The notes under the pieces were generated by a model. The model was not told the DNA's origin, made no database searches, and saw only the letters and a program-made list of their open reading frames with translations. A program made the translations under genes and the position numbers. From the NCBI GenBank assembly GCA_046045965.1, contig JBJOKS010000015.1, forward strand, positions 61,474-125,473: a stretch of DNA of 64,000 nt. The letters are read 5' to 3'. Positions 38,700-47,351 of this stretch are shown piece by piece (positions within the stretch are counted from its first letter, which is position 1; the number at the start of each line of letters is the position of its first letter). This DNA is from Cyanobacteriota bacterium (GTDB lineage Bacteria; Cyanobacteriota; Cyanobacteriia; Cyanobacteriales; Nostocaceae).

Positions 38700-39545
38700 A
38701 TGCCCCAAAATGCTAATTCCACAAACAACCACAACCAAATAATAAAAATAATTGCTATCACCACCATAGCATTATCTCTAAATGCTTGTACCAACTACCA
38801 AAATACACCCCAATTAAAAACCAACAGCGAAGCTTTAGGAGTTTCCATTCCTGAAAATCAAAATAATACAAAATCACAACCAACAGCTAAAATCAAAAAC
38901 TTGAATTTTACCGTCCCAGCTAAATTTCAAGGAAAGACAGTTTATCAAGTCGAACCCAAAAACAACGAGAAAGTTATTGCTTTAACAATTGATGATGGAC
39001 CCTGGGCCAAAACCACGGTAGAAATGTTAGATATCCTCAAACAAAATAATGTCAAAGCCACATTCTTTTGGGTAGGAAGTTCCTTAAAAAATCATCCCGA
39101 AATAGCTAAAAGAGTTGTAGCTGAAGGTCACGCTATTGGTAATCATACATGGAATCATTTATATAAACGCATGGATGCAGCCACAGCTAAAAGTGAAATT
39201 GAAAAAACAAATGAATTAATCTACCAAACAACAGGTGTCAAAACATCTATTTTCCGTCCCCCCGGAGGCTATTTAAACAACGGTTTAGCTACTTATGCTA
39301 AAAGTCAAAAAAATTCCGTTGTCATGTGGTCAGTGACCTCAGCAGACACCGATCCTCGTGCCAAATATCAAGTATTTGTGAAAAATATTCTCAGAGATGC
39401 TAAACCAGGGGCAATTGTGTTAATGCACGATGGTGGCGGAAATCGTGAAAGAACTGTCAAAGCCTTACCACAAATTATCACGGGACTCAAACAACAAGGC
39501 TATAAATTTGTCACAATTCCTGAATTATTAGAAATGCAGCAATAA
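38700..39545 (+). CDS. Polysaccharide deacetylase (CE4/NodB) lipoprotein
   Basis: Lipobox LNAC, ALTIDDGP, ATFF, GNHTWNH, FRPPGG, LMHDGGG. Confidence 0.94.
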   Translation: MPQNANSTNNHNQIIKIIAITTIALSLNACTNYQNTPQLKTNSEALGVSIPENQNNTKSQPTAKIKNLNFTVPAKFQGKTVYQVEPKNNEKVIALTIDDGPWAKTTVEMLDILKQNNVKATFFWVGSSLKNHPEIAKRVVAEGHAIGNHTWNHLYKRMDAATAKSEIEKTNELIYQTTGVKTSIFRPPGGYLNNGLATYAKSQKNSVVMWSVTSADTDPRAKYQVFVKNILRDAKPGAIVLMHDGGGNRERTVKALPQIITGLKQQGYKFVTIPELLEMQQ

Positions 39546-39554
39546 AGCTCTTAG

Positions 39555-39586
39555 CCCCCCTTTTTAAGGGGGGTTGGGGGGATCTA
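39555..39586. repeat. C6-T-AA-G6 palindromic dispersed repeat
   Basis: CCCCCCTTTTTAAGGGGGGTTGGGGGGATCTA; supplies the stop codon of the adjacent minus-strand gene. Confidence 0.7.
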
Positions 39587-39964
39587 AACAGACGCACAAA
39601 CCTGCGCTTCTTGCCAAAGTTTGTGTAAAAAGAACTCTGTCCGTTCGCTCATCGTCGTCACAAACACACCCACAGCATCCTCAGCAGCATCTGATAACCA
39701 AGAACCCCGCAGGGTGATTTCCAGATACTCAGCATCGCTCTTAGACAAGGCTATGATTTCACCGTCATTGCGTTGCACCTCAGCTTTCAGCCTTTCCACT
39801 CCTGGTAAGTCCACAGGCAGCAAAAAGGAAGCTGTGCTAGGTTCAAAATGTAGAGGTTGACCAACTCGCAGTGATAAAATCACTCTTTGCGCCACCCATT
39901 CTTCTAGTGACAAAGTGAGACACTCTAAATAAAAGCTTCCTTCAGTGTAAGTTAATTTCAGCAT
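39584..39964 (-). CDS. alr0857-family cyanobacterial protein
   Basis: MLKLTYTE..SLEEWVAQRVIL.LRVG..EPSTASFLLP..GVFVT..RTEFFLHKLWQEAQ; family recognised from memory. Confidence 0.85.
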   Translation of the reverse strand: MLKLTYTEGSFYLECLTLSLEEWVAQRVILSLRVGQPLHFEPSTASFLLPVDLPGVERLKAEVQRNDGEIIALSKSDAEYLEITLRGSWLSDAAEDAVGVFVTTMSERTEFFLHKLWQEAQVCASV

Positions 39965-40078
39965 TTCCTATGCTCTCCTGTGATTCCAGGTCTGCTTGCA
40001 TATCCAGTTATTAGGTAATTAGTAATTGGTAATTGGGTTATTAACCTCCCCATCTCCCCAGTCCCTATTCCATTGATT

Positions 40079-40116
40079 AAAAAACCCCCGCTTTACCTAA
40101 ATCAGAAGCGGGGGTT
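40079..40116 (-). terminator. Intrinsic terminator upstream of the alr0857-family gene
   Basis: Minus strand AACCCCCGCTT-loop-AAGCGGGGGTT-TTTT; 11-bp stem. Confidence 0.8.
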
Positions 40117-40142
40117 AAAATTGACCTGATACTTTTCTGGTC

Positions 40143-40283
40143 TTATTGCAGTACAACATTTCCCTTGTACCTCCCGCTTATTATCTCTAGTTGTGGTTTC
40201 CTATTCAGCAGATCCAAGCTGATATATCTAAAATCATCATTACCCTCTGTGTTTTGCCTTTGATGCTGGCTACCATCGGCCAT
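40143..40283 (-). CDS. 46-aa small ORF, candidate leader peptide
   Basis: GGAG ribosome-binding site 9 nt before the ATG; MADGSQHQ...ISGRYKGNVVLQ*; stops 27 nt before the terminator stem. Confidence 0.5.
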   Translation of the reverse strand: MADGSQHQRQNTEGNDDFRYISLDLLNRKPQLEIISGRYKGNVVLQ

Positions 40284-40406
40284 AAATAAATGCTCCACTC
40301 CCACAGCAGCAAATTCCCAACTGGCTTGGTAGTTGGTGGGATGGGAGGGGGTGGAAATAGGGTAAAGGGATTTCACAAAAAATTTCACCTATTGAACATT
40401 CCTTTA

Positions 40407-40440
40407 AACATACTACACTTGTATTACTATCCTGTCTATA
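40407..40440. promoter_or_regulatory. Divergent promoter / putative TrcR operator
   Basis: Imperfect palindrome TACTACA-CT-TGTATTA (40411-40426); the minus strand reads TGTAGTATGTT, a TAnnnT -10 overlapped by TGTAGTAT. Confidence 0.55.
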
Positions 40441-40459
40441 TCTATAAGGAGAAAAAATC

Positions 40460-40795
40460 ATGCACACCATCGCACGCACCCCAACTACCGACATGGAAGT
40501 TACCAGCATCCGTTTGGAACGCGAACTAAAAGATAAACTCAAAGAAATAGCTGGAAACCAGGGATATCAAGCTCTGATTCGAGATATTCTCTGGAATTAT
40601 GTGCAGCAAAAATCAGGTGATTGGAAACCGCGATTTTCACGCGCTGACATTCGAGCTAGTATAGCAGCAACAGCCCAGCAAGATGAACGCTGTGTCCTTA
40701 CAGGTAAATTAATTGAAGCTCAACAGCCAATGTTCTTAGGACTGACGAGGAATGGCGACATGGTTCCTCTCAGTGTTGAGAGTTTGGCTCTCTAG
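40460..40795 (+). CDS. trcR: Ribbon-helix-helix repressor, probable TrcR (All0854-like)
   Basis: VTSIRLERELKDKLKEIAGNQGYQALIRDILWNYV RHH; AAGGAG RBS; divergent from the alr0857-family gene, as recalled for Anabaena PCC 7120. Confidence 0.75.
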   Translation: MHTIARTPTTDMEVTSIRLERELKDKLKEIAGNQGYQALIRDILWNYVQQKSGDWKPRFSRADIRASIAATAQQDERCVLTGKLIEAQQPMFLGLTRNGDMVPLSVESLAL

Positions 40796-40842
40796 TATAT
40801 TATGGCTTAGTTTGCTCACCAGTGGTCATGATAGTGTTGAGT

Positions 40843-41148
40843 GTGAACTACCTACGGTGTACGCGAAGCGTCACCGTAGGCTTCCTGTCCAACAGAAAGC
40901 GTAGTAGTGGATTTCTTGCGTCCTCCCTTACTCCGACTTACATCTGGGCGACAGGCTTTATCCCCCGTTCCAGAGGTCAAAATTCGTAGTCCCTCGTCTC
41001 TGAGGTTAATACTTGCGTTCACATCCCTATCATGCCTAGTTTGGCAATTATTGCAAGTCCAAAATCTTACATCAAGGGGTAAACTACCAACTTGATTCAA
41101 GCACACATGACAGGTTTTTGAACTAGGGAAAAATCTATCAACTTCTAG
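40843..41148 (-). mobile_element. tnpB: IS200/IS605-family remnant: tnpB 3' end plus right end (omega-RNA region)
   Basis: LEVDRFFPSSKTCHVC..WTCNNCQTRHDRDVNASINL zinc ribbon/RuvC-III; terminal hairpin CCTACGGTG..CACCGTAGG, then GTAGTTCAC end. The 5' part of the gene is absent. Confidence 0.88.
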
Positions 41149-41491
41149 CTAAAATCAGCAGGATAGGTTACTAAATTTTTCCTGCTTTGAGCAATATTTT
41201 TTGATGTTAACTTTCATCACAATTAATCAAATTAAGTAACGATATGCTATGTATTGATACTAGGGAATATAGTGTTAACGCGGATACTATTTATGATATT
41301 TTTTATGTAATTACAGAGAAATTACGGTTTATGTAGACTTACAAACAAGATATCCTAGACTGATGTTCATAGACTAGCGAAATCTACAAATCTTGAGCCT
41401 CCTGTAAGTCAGTCCTTGAGATTGATCAAATTATCATAACCTGGACAATTAAAACCAGTCCATAAATCTCAATAGAGGTAATTAATATACA

Positions 41492-41642
41492 TATAGGACT
41501 CCTATTTGATTATTGAACAAGACCCAGTACATACTGAAACCCTTCTTTCCTGTTCCCTGTTCCCTGTTCCCTGTTCCCTACCTCTACGAAAAATATGGCT
41601 GACACCACGCTACGCGGACATACATCAAATCGGATCACTATA
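41492..41642. mobile_element. MITE with imperfect TIRs, internal STRR and nested small repeat
   Basis: TATAGGACTCCTATTTGAT / ATCAAATCGGATCACTATA termini with (CCTGTTC)n inside. Confidence 0.7.
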
Positions 41643-41791
41643 TAAATTAAAGAGGCAAGAAAAGAGGAGTAAAATGCTTGATCAATTACTTGCAATTGAA
41701 CAGGGTGAAGGAACACAAATAAAGTTAAGAAATGTATTAAAAAGTTGGGTGCAAGCTAACAAACGGATAATCATCCAAAAGCGTAACAATA

Positions 41792-43822
41792 ATGGAAAAA
41801 CATTTATTATCGCTGCCAAAATGCCAAAATGATGTAGATGATCATCTACAACCATACCGAGCCAAGCTGATGCAGCCACAGGAAAAAACAGCCGATATGT
41901 TGGCGCAGAAAATTAATCATATCGTTGCCAATAGTCAGGCTACATCATTAATGTTGCCAGAAATTGCTCACTTGCTAGGAGTAGCATTCAAAGTAGATTG
42001 CTGCTGTTTAGTGACAGACACAAGTGAAGAATGTGGTAAAGTACCGGCGGCTAATTGGTGTCATGAAAAATATCTAGAACCACTACAGTCTAGCGAAATC
42101 TTATCCAAGCAACAATTATTAATGAATTCACCAGTTGTACAGTGTGCTACTGAACAATTAACTATTGAAGATATTTCCACAATTCAAAAAACCCTAGCAA
42201 CTAGCTGTCAATCTTTACCAATACCAATTAAATCTGTTTTAGCAATTCCTACACGATTTAGTGGTAAAAATAACGGTGTAATTTGCCTGATCAAATTTCA
42301 AGCCTATCAATGGCATGAATCAGAAAAACAATTACTGCAAGCAATAGCGCCATCTTGTGCGATCGCTCTAGCTCAAGTATCTCAAACACAGATACTCACT
42401 AATCAGAAACAGCATCTTCATCAAGCTAACCAGCATCAAAGTTTAATTAAGCAATTAACTATACTAAGTCTTCGTAACTTGGAGTTAAATCAAATGCTCC
42501 AGTTAGTTATTTCATCGACTGCCAAATCTTTAGAAGCAGATCGAGGATTACTGATTTTATTAAAATATACAGATCCAATGTTTAGGAATCGTCAAAAAAA
42601 GCAAATTCCTAAAGCCAAAGCCACTGTAGTTGGAGAATGGACTAAAACTCAAAATCCCTCAGCCACTGGTTTAGACAACTTAAACCAAACTTTTTGGTTG
42701 TCAGAATGTGGTTTATGCCAACGTGTATTTATAGAATCGGGGAAACCGATCATGATTGATAACTGTACAGATAAAAAAGAGAATTGGCAACCAAATCCAT
42801 TGTTTACCATTGAAGAGTTTCCTACCACATTGTTAATGCCATTGGAAAATCAAGGCAAAGTTTTAGGATTTGTGGTTTTACAACAACAAGTTGCTCGCAG
42901 TTGGCAACCCTCAGAATTAAATCTTGTGGAAATGGTCTGCGCTCAATTGAGTAATGCCATAATTCAATCACAAACACTGCGACAAGTACAAAATTTAGTC
43001 GATGAAAGGACAGAACAACTCAAGCGTAGTTTGGAAGTACAAGCAAAATTGTACGAAAGAACAAAGCAGTATGTTGAGCAGTTGCAAGAACTCAATGAAC
43101 TGAAAGATGAATTTGTCAGCAATATAAGCGATCGCTTGCGTTATCCCCTCACAAATATGCGGATGTCAATTCGCAATTTACGTCTACCAGGAATTTCACA
43201 AGAACGTCAAGCTCGATATCTGGATATTTTAGAATCAGAATGCACCAAAGAAATTAACCTGATTAATGACCTCCTGACACTCCAAAAGCTAGAATCGCAT
43301 CAGGAAACACCGCAATTTGAAACTATAGACTTAAATCATAAAATTAATGACTTGGTAGCTGCTGTAGAAAAGCCATTCACCAATCAGGGCTTATCTGTAG
43401 CCGTAGATTTACCTAAAGAGCCTTTAAAACTGCAAACGGAAATCGAAAGTTTTGACCGCATTTTGCAAGAACTTTTGAACAATGTCAGTAAATACTCGGA
43501 ACGTGATACTGTTGTCCACTTACAGGCGACTCACAGAGTTGAACAAGAAGTGGATCAAGTTATTATTAAAGTGACTAATACAGGACGTGGCATCTCGCAA
43601 GAGGAAGCAGCCTATATCTTTGATAAATTCCGTCGTGGTAAAGGACGTTGGACTCCTGGTACTGGCTTAGGATTGGCTTTAGTCAAGTCTCTAGTACAGC
43701 ATTTACAGGGGGCGATCGCAGTTGAGAGTACACCCATAGAGAACTCTCAGTTAAGCGAAATTTGCTTTACCCTCACCCTACCTCAGTTTTCCTCAGCAAC
43801 TCATCCACATTCTCAAAAGTGA
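41792..43822 (+). CDS. GAF-GAF histidine-kinase-like protein lacking the phosphoacceptor His
   Basis: Two GAF-like domains; H-box reads SDRLRYPLT; ELLNNVSKY, NTGRGI, IFDKF, GTGLGL. True start uncertain. Confidence 0.88.
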   Translation: MEKHLLSLPKCQNDVDDHLQPYRAKLMQPQEKTADMLAQKINHIVANSQATSLMLPEIAHLLGVAFKVDCCCLVTDTSEECGKVPAANWCHEKYLEPLQSSEILSKQQLLMNSPVVQCATEQLTIEDISTIQKTLATSCQSLPIPIKSVLAIPTRFSGKNNGVICLIKFQAYQWHESEKQLLQAIAPSCAIALAQVSQTQILTNQKQHLHQANQHQSLIKQLTILSLRNLELNQMLQLVISSTAKSLEADRGLLILLKYTDPMFRNRQKKQIPKAKATVVGEWTKTQNPSATGLDNLNQTFWLSECGLCQRVFIESGKPIMIDNCTDKKENWQPNPLFTIEEFPTTLLMPLENQGKVLGFVVLQQQVARSWQPSELNLVEMVCAQLSNAIIQSQTLRQVQNLVDERTEQLKRSLEVQAKLYERTKQYVEQLQELNELKDEFVSNISDRLRYPLTNMRMSIRNLRLPGISQERQARYLDILESECTKEINLINDLLTLQKLESHQETPQFETIDLNHKINDLVAAVEKPFTNQGLSVAVDLPKEPLKLQTEIESFDRILQELLNNVSKYSERDTVVHLQATHRVEQEVDQVIIKVTNTGRGISQEEAAYIFDKFRRGKGRWTPGTGLGLALVKSLVQHLQGAIAVESTPIENSQLSEICFTLTLPQFSSATHPHSQK

Positions 43823-44400
43823 CTACAGAAAACAACACCACGGGACTTGATTCCCCCAACCCCATTGATGAAAATGGTCTAGAAACCAATTTGGATATTG
43901 ATCCAGTCAGCATCGAAGTGGAGAAATTATCAGAGCGACAGCGGCAAATTACCGCCAAAGTCCAAATTCCCCACCCCATCGAAAAAGTTTGGAAGATTCT
44001 CACAGACTATGAATCCTTACCTCAATTCATTCCTAATCTAGCTAAGAGTTGCCTGTTAGAGCATCCCAATGGAGGTATACGTCTGGAGCAAATAGGCTCT
44101 CAGCGTTTGCTCAATTTCAAATTTTGTGCGCGTGTAGTTCTGGATCTAGAAGAAATATTCCCCAAACTCATCAACTTTCAAATGGTAGAAGGAGATTTCA
44201 AAGGCTTTTCTGGTAGCTGGTGCTTAGAACCTTATTCCCTTGATGCAGGACAGGGAACCATTCTCTGCTACAAAATTCAAGTTTGGCCTAAGCTGACAAT
44301 GCCCATAGCAATCATTGAAAACCGTCTCAGCAAAGACCTACAACTCAACCTCTTGGCAATTCGTCAACGGGCGAGTCAAATTTGTGGCGAATACTATTAG
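43819..44400 (+). CDS. SRPBCC/START (cyclase-dehydrase) family protein
   Basis: VWKILTDYESLPQFIPNL..FQMVEGDFKGFSGSW; the GTG start overlaps the upstream stop (GTGA). Confidence 0.88.
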   Translation: MTTENNTTGLDSPNPIDENGLETNLDIDPVSIEVEKLSERQRQITAKVQIPHPIEKVWKILTDYESLPQFIPNLAKSCLLEHPNGGIRLEQIGSQRLLNFKFCARVVLDLEEIFPKLINFQMVEGDFKGFSGSWCLEPYSLDAGQGTILCYKIQVWPKLTMPIAIIENRLSKDLQLNLLAIRQRASQICGEYY

Positions 44401-44427
44401 TAACTATAAGTTCACTTAATTGAAAAA

Positions 44428-44459
44428 TAGAAAGGAAATAATCTATACTTTCCTTTCTA
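44428..44459. terminator. Terminator between convergent gene and tRNA-Glu
   Basis: TAGAAAGGAAA / TTTCCTTTCTA 11-bp inverted repeat. Confidence 0.65.
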
Positions 44460-44482
44460 CTTCTTGATGTTTTATCTGTTAG

Positions 44483-44555
44483 TACCCCCAGGGGAATTCG
44501 AATCCCCGTTACCTCCGTGAAAGGGAGGTGTCCTAGGCCTCTAGACGATGGGGGC
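44483..44555 (-). tRNA. trnE: tRNA-Glu(TTC)
   Basis: Reverse complement GCCCCCATCGTCTAGAGGCCTAGGACACCTCCCTTTCACGGAGGTAACGGGGATTCGAATTCCCCTGGGGGTA; anticodon TTC. Confidence 0.97.
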
Positions 44556-44574
44556 ATCGGACTTCACTTTTAAT

Positions 44575-44603
44575 AAGTTACCTGATTTTCCAGGAGATGT
44601 CAA
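44575..44603 (-). promoter_or_regulatory. Sigma70-type promoter of tRNA-Glu
   Basis: TTGACA-17 nt-TAACTT on the minus strand, 20 nt upstream of the tRNA. Confidence 0.7.
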
Positions 44604-44638
44604 CACCTTTTTCTAAAAAATTTTTCCGGGCATCTAAA

Positions 44639-44855
44639 TTACAAAAAAGGAAACAGGGAACAGGGAACAGGGAACAGGGAACAGGGAACAGGGAACAGGG
44701 AACAGGGAACAGGGAACAGGGAACAGGGAACAGGGAACAGGGAACAGGGAACAGGGAACAGGGAACAGGGAACAGATAAGAAACAAAAGTTTCTGAGTTT
44801 AAAGCTCAGTCAAAAAAAAAGATTGTTAAGAGTTGCCCGTTAAGAGTTACCTCTG
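44639..44855 (-). mobile_element. Second copy of the STRR-containing MITE-like element
   Basis: Inverted relative of 23937-24129; contains 17 perfect GGGAACA units (44656-44774). Confidence 0.78.
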
Positions 44856-45110
44856 ACCGAAATTCAGTAGATTACAAGGTTTTCAGCGATAGGGAAGTGG
44901 AGAGATGGGAAAAATGCTTTACCTACACACGACAGCCTATGCAGTCGCCAAATCGCTAAAAAAGATGTACTATAAACAACTAAGCATGAAAAAAGCTCTA
45001 ATTTTCTTAAAGATGGGTGTGCGGCTGTACCCTGTAGAGATGATAATATTTATGGTTCTTGAAAGAGGTTAATTAACGGATTTTGAAATTAATCCCTCAA
45101 AATCTACAAC

Positions 45111-47039
45111 ATGGAAGCATCTTTTCAAATTACCCTACAGATGGTGTTCACAGTCCTGGCAGGTATCAGCGGCCAAGTGATGGCCGCATATTTCAAGCTG
45201 CCCAGCATCGTCTTATTACTTTTGTTAGGCATCCTCTTGGGTGCTGATGGCATTGGACTATTGCACCCCCATCTACTAGGTACAGGGCTAGAAGTAATAG
45301 TTTCCCTAGCAACAGCAATTATCTTGTTTGAAGGCGGACTGAAGTTGGATCTGCGGGAGATGGGCAGAGTTTCCGTCAGTTTGCAGTTGCTTGTCACCCT
45401 GGGAACCTTGGTAACGCTGCTAGGTGGCAGTATGGCGGCGCACTGGTTGGGAGAATTTCCTTGGAATATAGCTTTTCTCTATGCTTCTATAGTCGTTGTC
45501 ACAGGTCCGACAGTAGTTGGTCCCCTGCTCAAACAAATTAACGTAGATCGACAAGTAGCAACGCTGTTGGAAGGTGAAGGAGTTTTAATCGACCCCGTGG
45601 GAGCGATCCTGGCCTACGTTGTCCTAGATACAATTTTGAATGGAGATCCTGACCCTATTAACGCCATCATGGGTTTAATATTGCGTTTGGGTGTGGGAGC
45701 AATGATTGGGGGTATTGGTGGTTATCTGATGAGTTGGATTTTCAAACGCGCCAATTTTCTCTCTTTTGAACTAAAAAACCTGGTAGTTTTAGCGGTACTG
45801 TGGGGTTTGTTTACCCTAGCGCAAACTATTCGCAGCGAGTCAGGAATTATGACTACAGTCGTTGCAGGTGCAGTATTTGCTAACTCATCAGTTCCTGAAG
45901 AACGTCTGTTGCGAAGCTTTAAAAATCAACTGACAATTCTCAGCGTTTCTGTACTGTTTATCCTCCTAGCAGCTGATTTATCTATTGCCAGTGTATTGGC
46001 CTTGGGTTGGGGTAGTTTATTTACGGTTTTGGTGTTGATGTTTGTGGTTCGCCCCATTAATATTCTGTTGTGTACTTGGAACAGTAATCTGAATTGGCGA
46101 CAGAAATTGTTTTTAAGCTGGGTTGCTCCTCGAGGAATAGTTTCCGCCTCTGTAGCCTCTTTATTTGCGATTTCCTTAACACAACACGGTGTTAATGGTG
46201 GTGATGCAATTAAAGCTCTGGTGTTCCTGACAATTATTATGACTGTTTTTTGTCAGGGTTTAACAGCGGGCTGGTTGGTGAAGTGGTTACGAATCACTTC
46301 TAAAGATGCAACTGGAGCGGTGATAGTGGGTTGTAATCCCTTGAGTTTGTTGATTTCCCGCTTTTTTCAAGAACGGGGGGAAAGCGTGGTCATGATTGAC
46401 ACTGACTCCCAATATTTTGCTCAAGCTGAAGCTCAAAATCTGCGCGTGATTGCTAGTAGTGCGCTAGATGCTGAGGTTTTGGAGGAGGCGGGAATTGCTT
46501 CTCTGGGTACTTTTTTGTCCATGACTAATAATGGTGAAGTGAATTTTGTGTTAGCACAACGGGCTGCTGAGGAATTTAATCCGCCTAGTGTCTTAGCAGT
46601 ATTTCCTCGTGATCCTCAAGCTTCGACCTCAGTCAATAGTAGCAATAGTAGAGTTAATCAAGCTTTTGTCTCAGATTTACCAATTAAAACTTGGAATGAG
46701 TATTTAAGTAATGGGCGGGTGAAATTGGGGACAACTACTTTGAATGAGTCCGAATTTTCTAGTCAACAGGAGCATATCCAAGAGAAGATTCGGTCTGGGG
46801 TGTTAGTACCGCTATTGCTAGAGAGGGAAGAACGTCTACAGGTAATGTCAGTTAATCAAGATTGGGAAGTAGGCGATCGCATTATCTACCTGTTGTACGA
46901 TTCTAGACCAAATCTCTTAAAACGCTTATCTGGTGCGAGTCAATCTACCGCTTTAGCTTTAGAAAAGTTACCAGAAGTTGAAGAAGTACCTACTGCTAAA
47001 TTGTCTCAACTTTCTGCTACTGAAGCATCTGGTAATTGA
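45111..47039 (+). CDS. Cation:proton antiporter (CPA1/NhaP-type) with TrkA-N domain
   Basis: ILFEGGL, TGPTVV, LEGEGVLIDP, APRGIV, then VIVGCNPL Rossmann-like domain. Confidence 0.93.
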   Translation: MEASFQITLQMVFTVLAGISGQVMAAYFKLPSIVLLLLLGILLGADGIGLLHPHLLGTGLEVIVSLATAIILFEGGLKLDLREMGRVSVSLQLLVTLGTLVTLLGGSMAAHWLGEFPWNIAFLYASIVVVTGPTVVGPLLKQINVDRQVATLLEGEGVLIDPVGAILAYVVLDTILNGDPDPINAIMGLILRLGVGAMIGGIGGYLMSWIFKRANFLSFELKNLVVLAVLWGLFTLAQTIRSESGIMTTVVAGAVFANSSVPEERLLRSFKNQLTILSVSVLFILLAADLSIASVLALGWGSLFTVLVLMFVVRPINILLCTWNSNLNWRQKLFLSWVAPRGIVSASVASLFAISLTQHGVNGGDAIKALVFLTIIMTVFCQGLTAGWLVKWLRITSKDATGAVIVGCNPLSLLISRFFQERGESVVMIDTDSQYFAQAEAQNLRVIASSALDAEVLEEAGIASLGTFLSMTNNGEVNFVLAQRAAEEFNPPSVLAVFPRDPQASTSVNSSNSRVNQAFVSDLPIKTWNEYLSNGRVKLGTTTLNESEFSSQQEHIQEKIRSGVLVPLLLEREERLQVMSVNQDWEVGDRIIYLLYDSRPNLLKRLSGASQSTALALEKLPEVEEVPTAKLSQLSATEASGN

Positions 47040-47351
47040 AAGTATTGTAAATATTGCCATAGCAACCCAAATAAATGCACTACTACCAAAATCAGGGTTA
47101 ATTAACGGTGGTTAATGATAACTTGAATGTTCCTGTTTTCAATGCCAAAATAGGAAGTTATTATTTGTGAGTTAGACAATCCCATCTCAAAAAATGGGAA
47201 TATAATTTATTAAAAGATAAAAACCCTAGTACAGAAAGGCAGAACTGGCTTTATCTAGCAATAGACAAAAAAAGTAGATTCTATGAGTATTACAGCCGTC
47301 TGCCTGATTGGACTAGTCAACTGCAACCGAGCCGAGTGAACGATAACAGCT

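Noticed and set aside
40823..40842. 8-nt complementarity (CTCAACAC) between the flanks of the two tnpB relics
   Set aside because: Too short to distinguish from chance in 64 kb.
41336..41410. Weak nested inverted repeat GACTTACA/TGTAAGTC
   Set aside because: Short stems with no promoter, terminator or second copy to support a functional RNA.
44345..44557. 70-aa ORF
   Set aside because: Overlaps tRNA-Glu.
44597..44779. 60-aa ORF with (QGTGNRE)n
   Set aside because: Translation of the GGGAACA repeat. The same applies to ORFs 14382-14621, 41506-41832 and 41510-41716.
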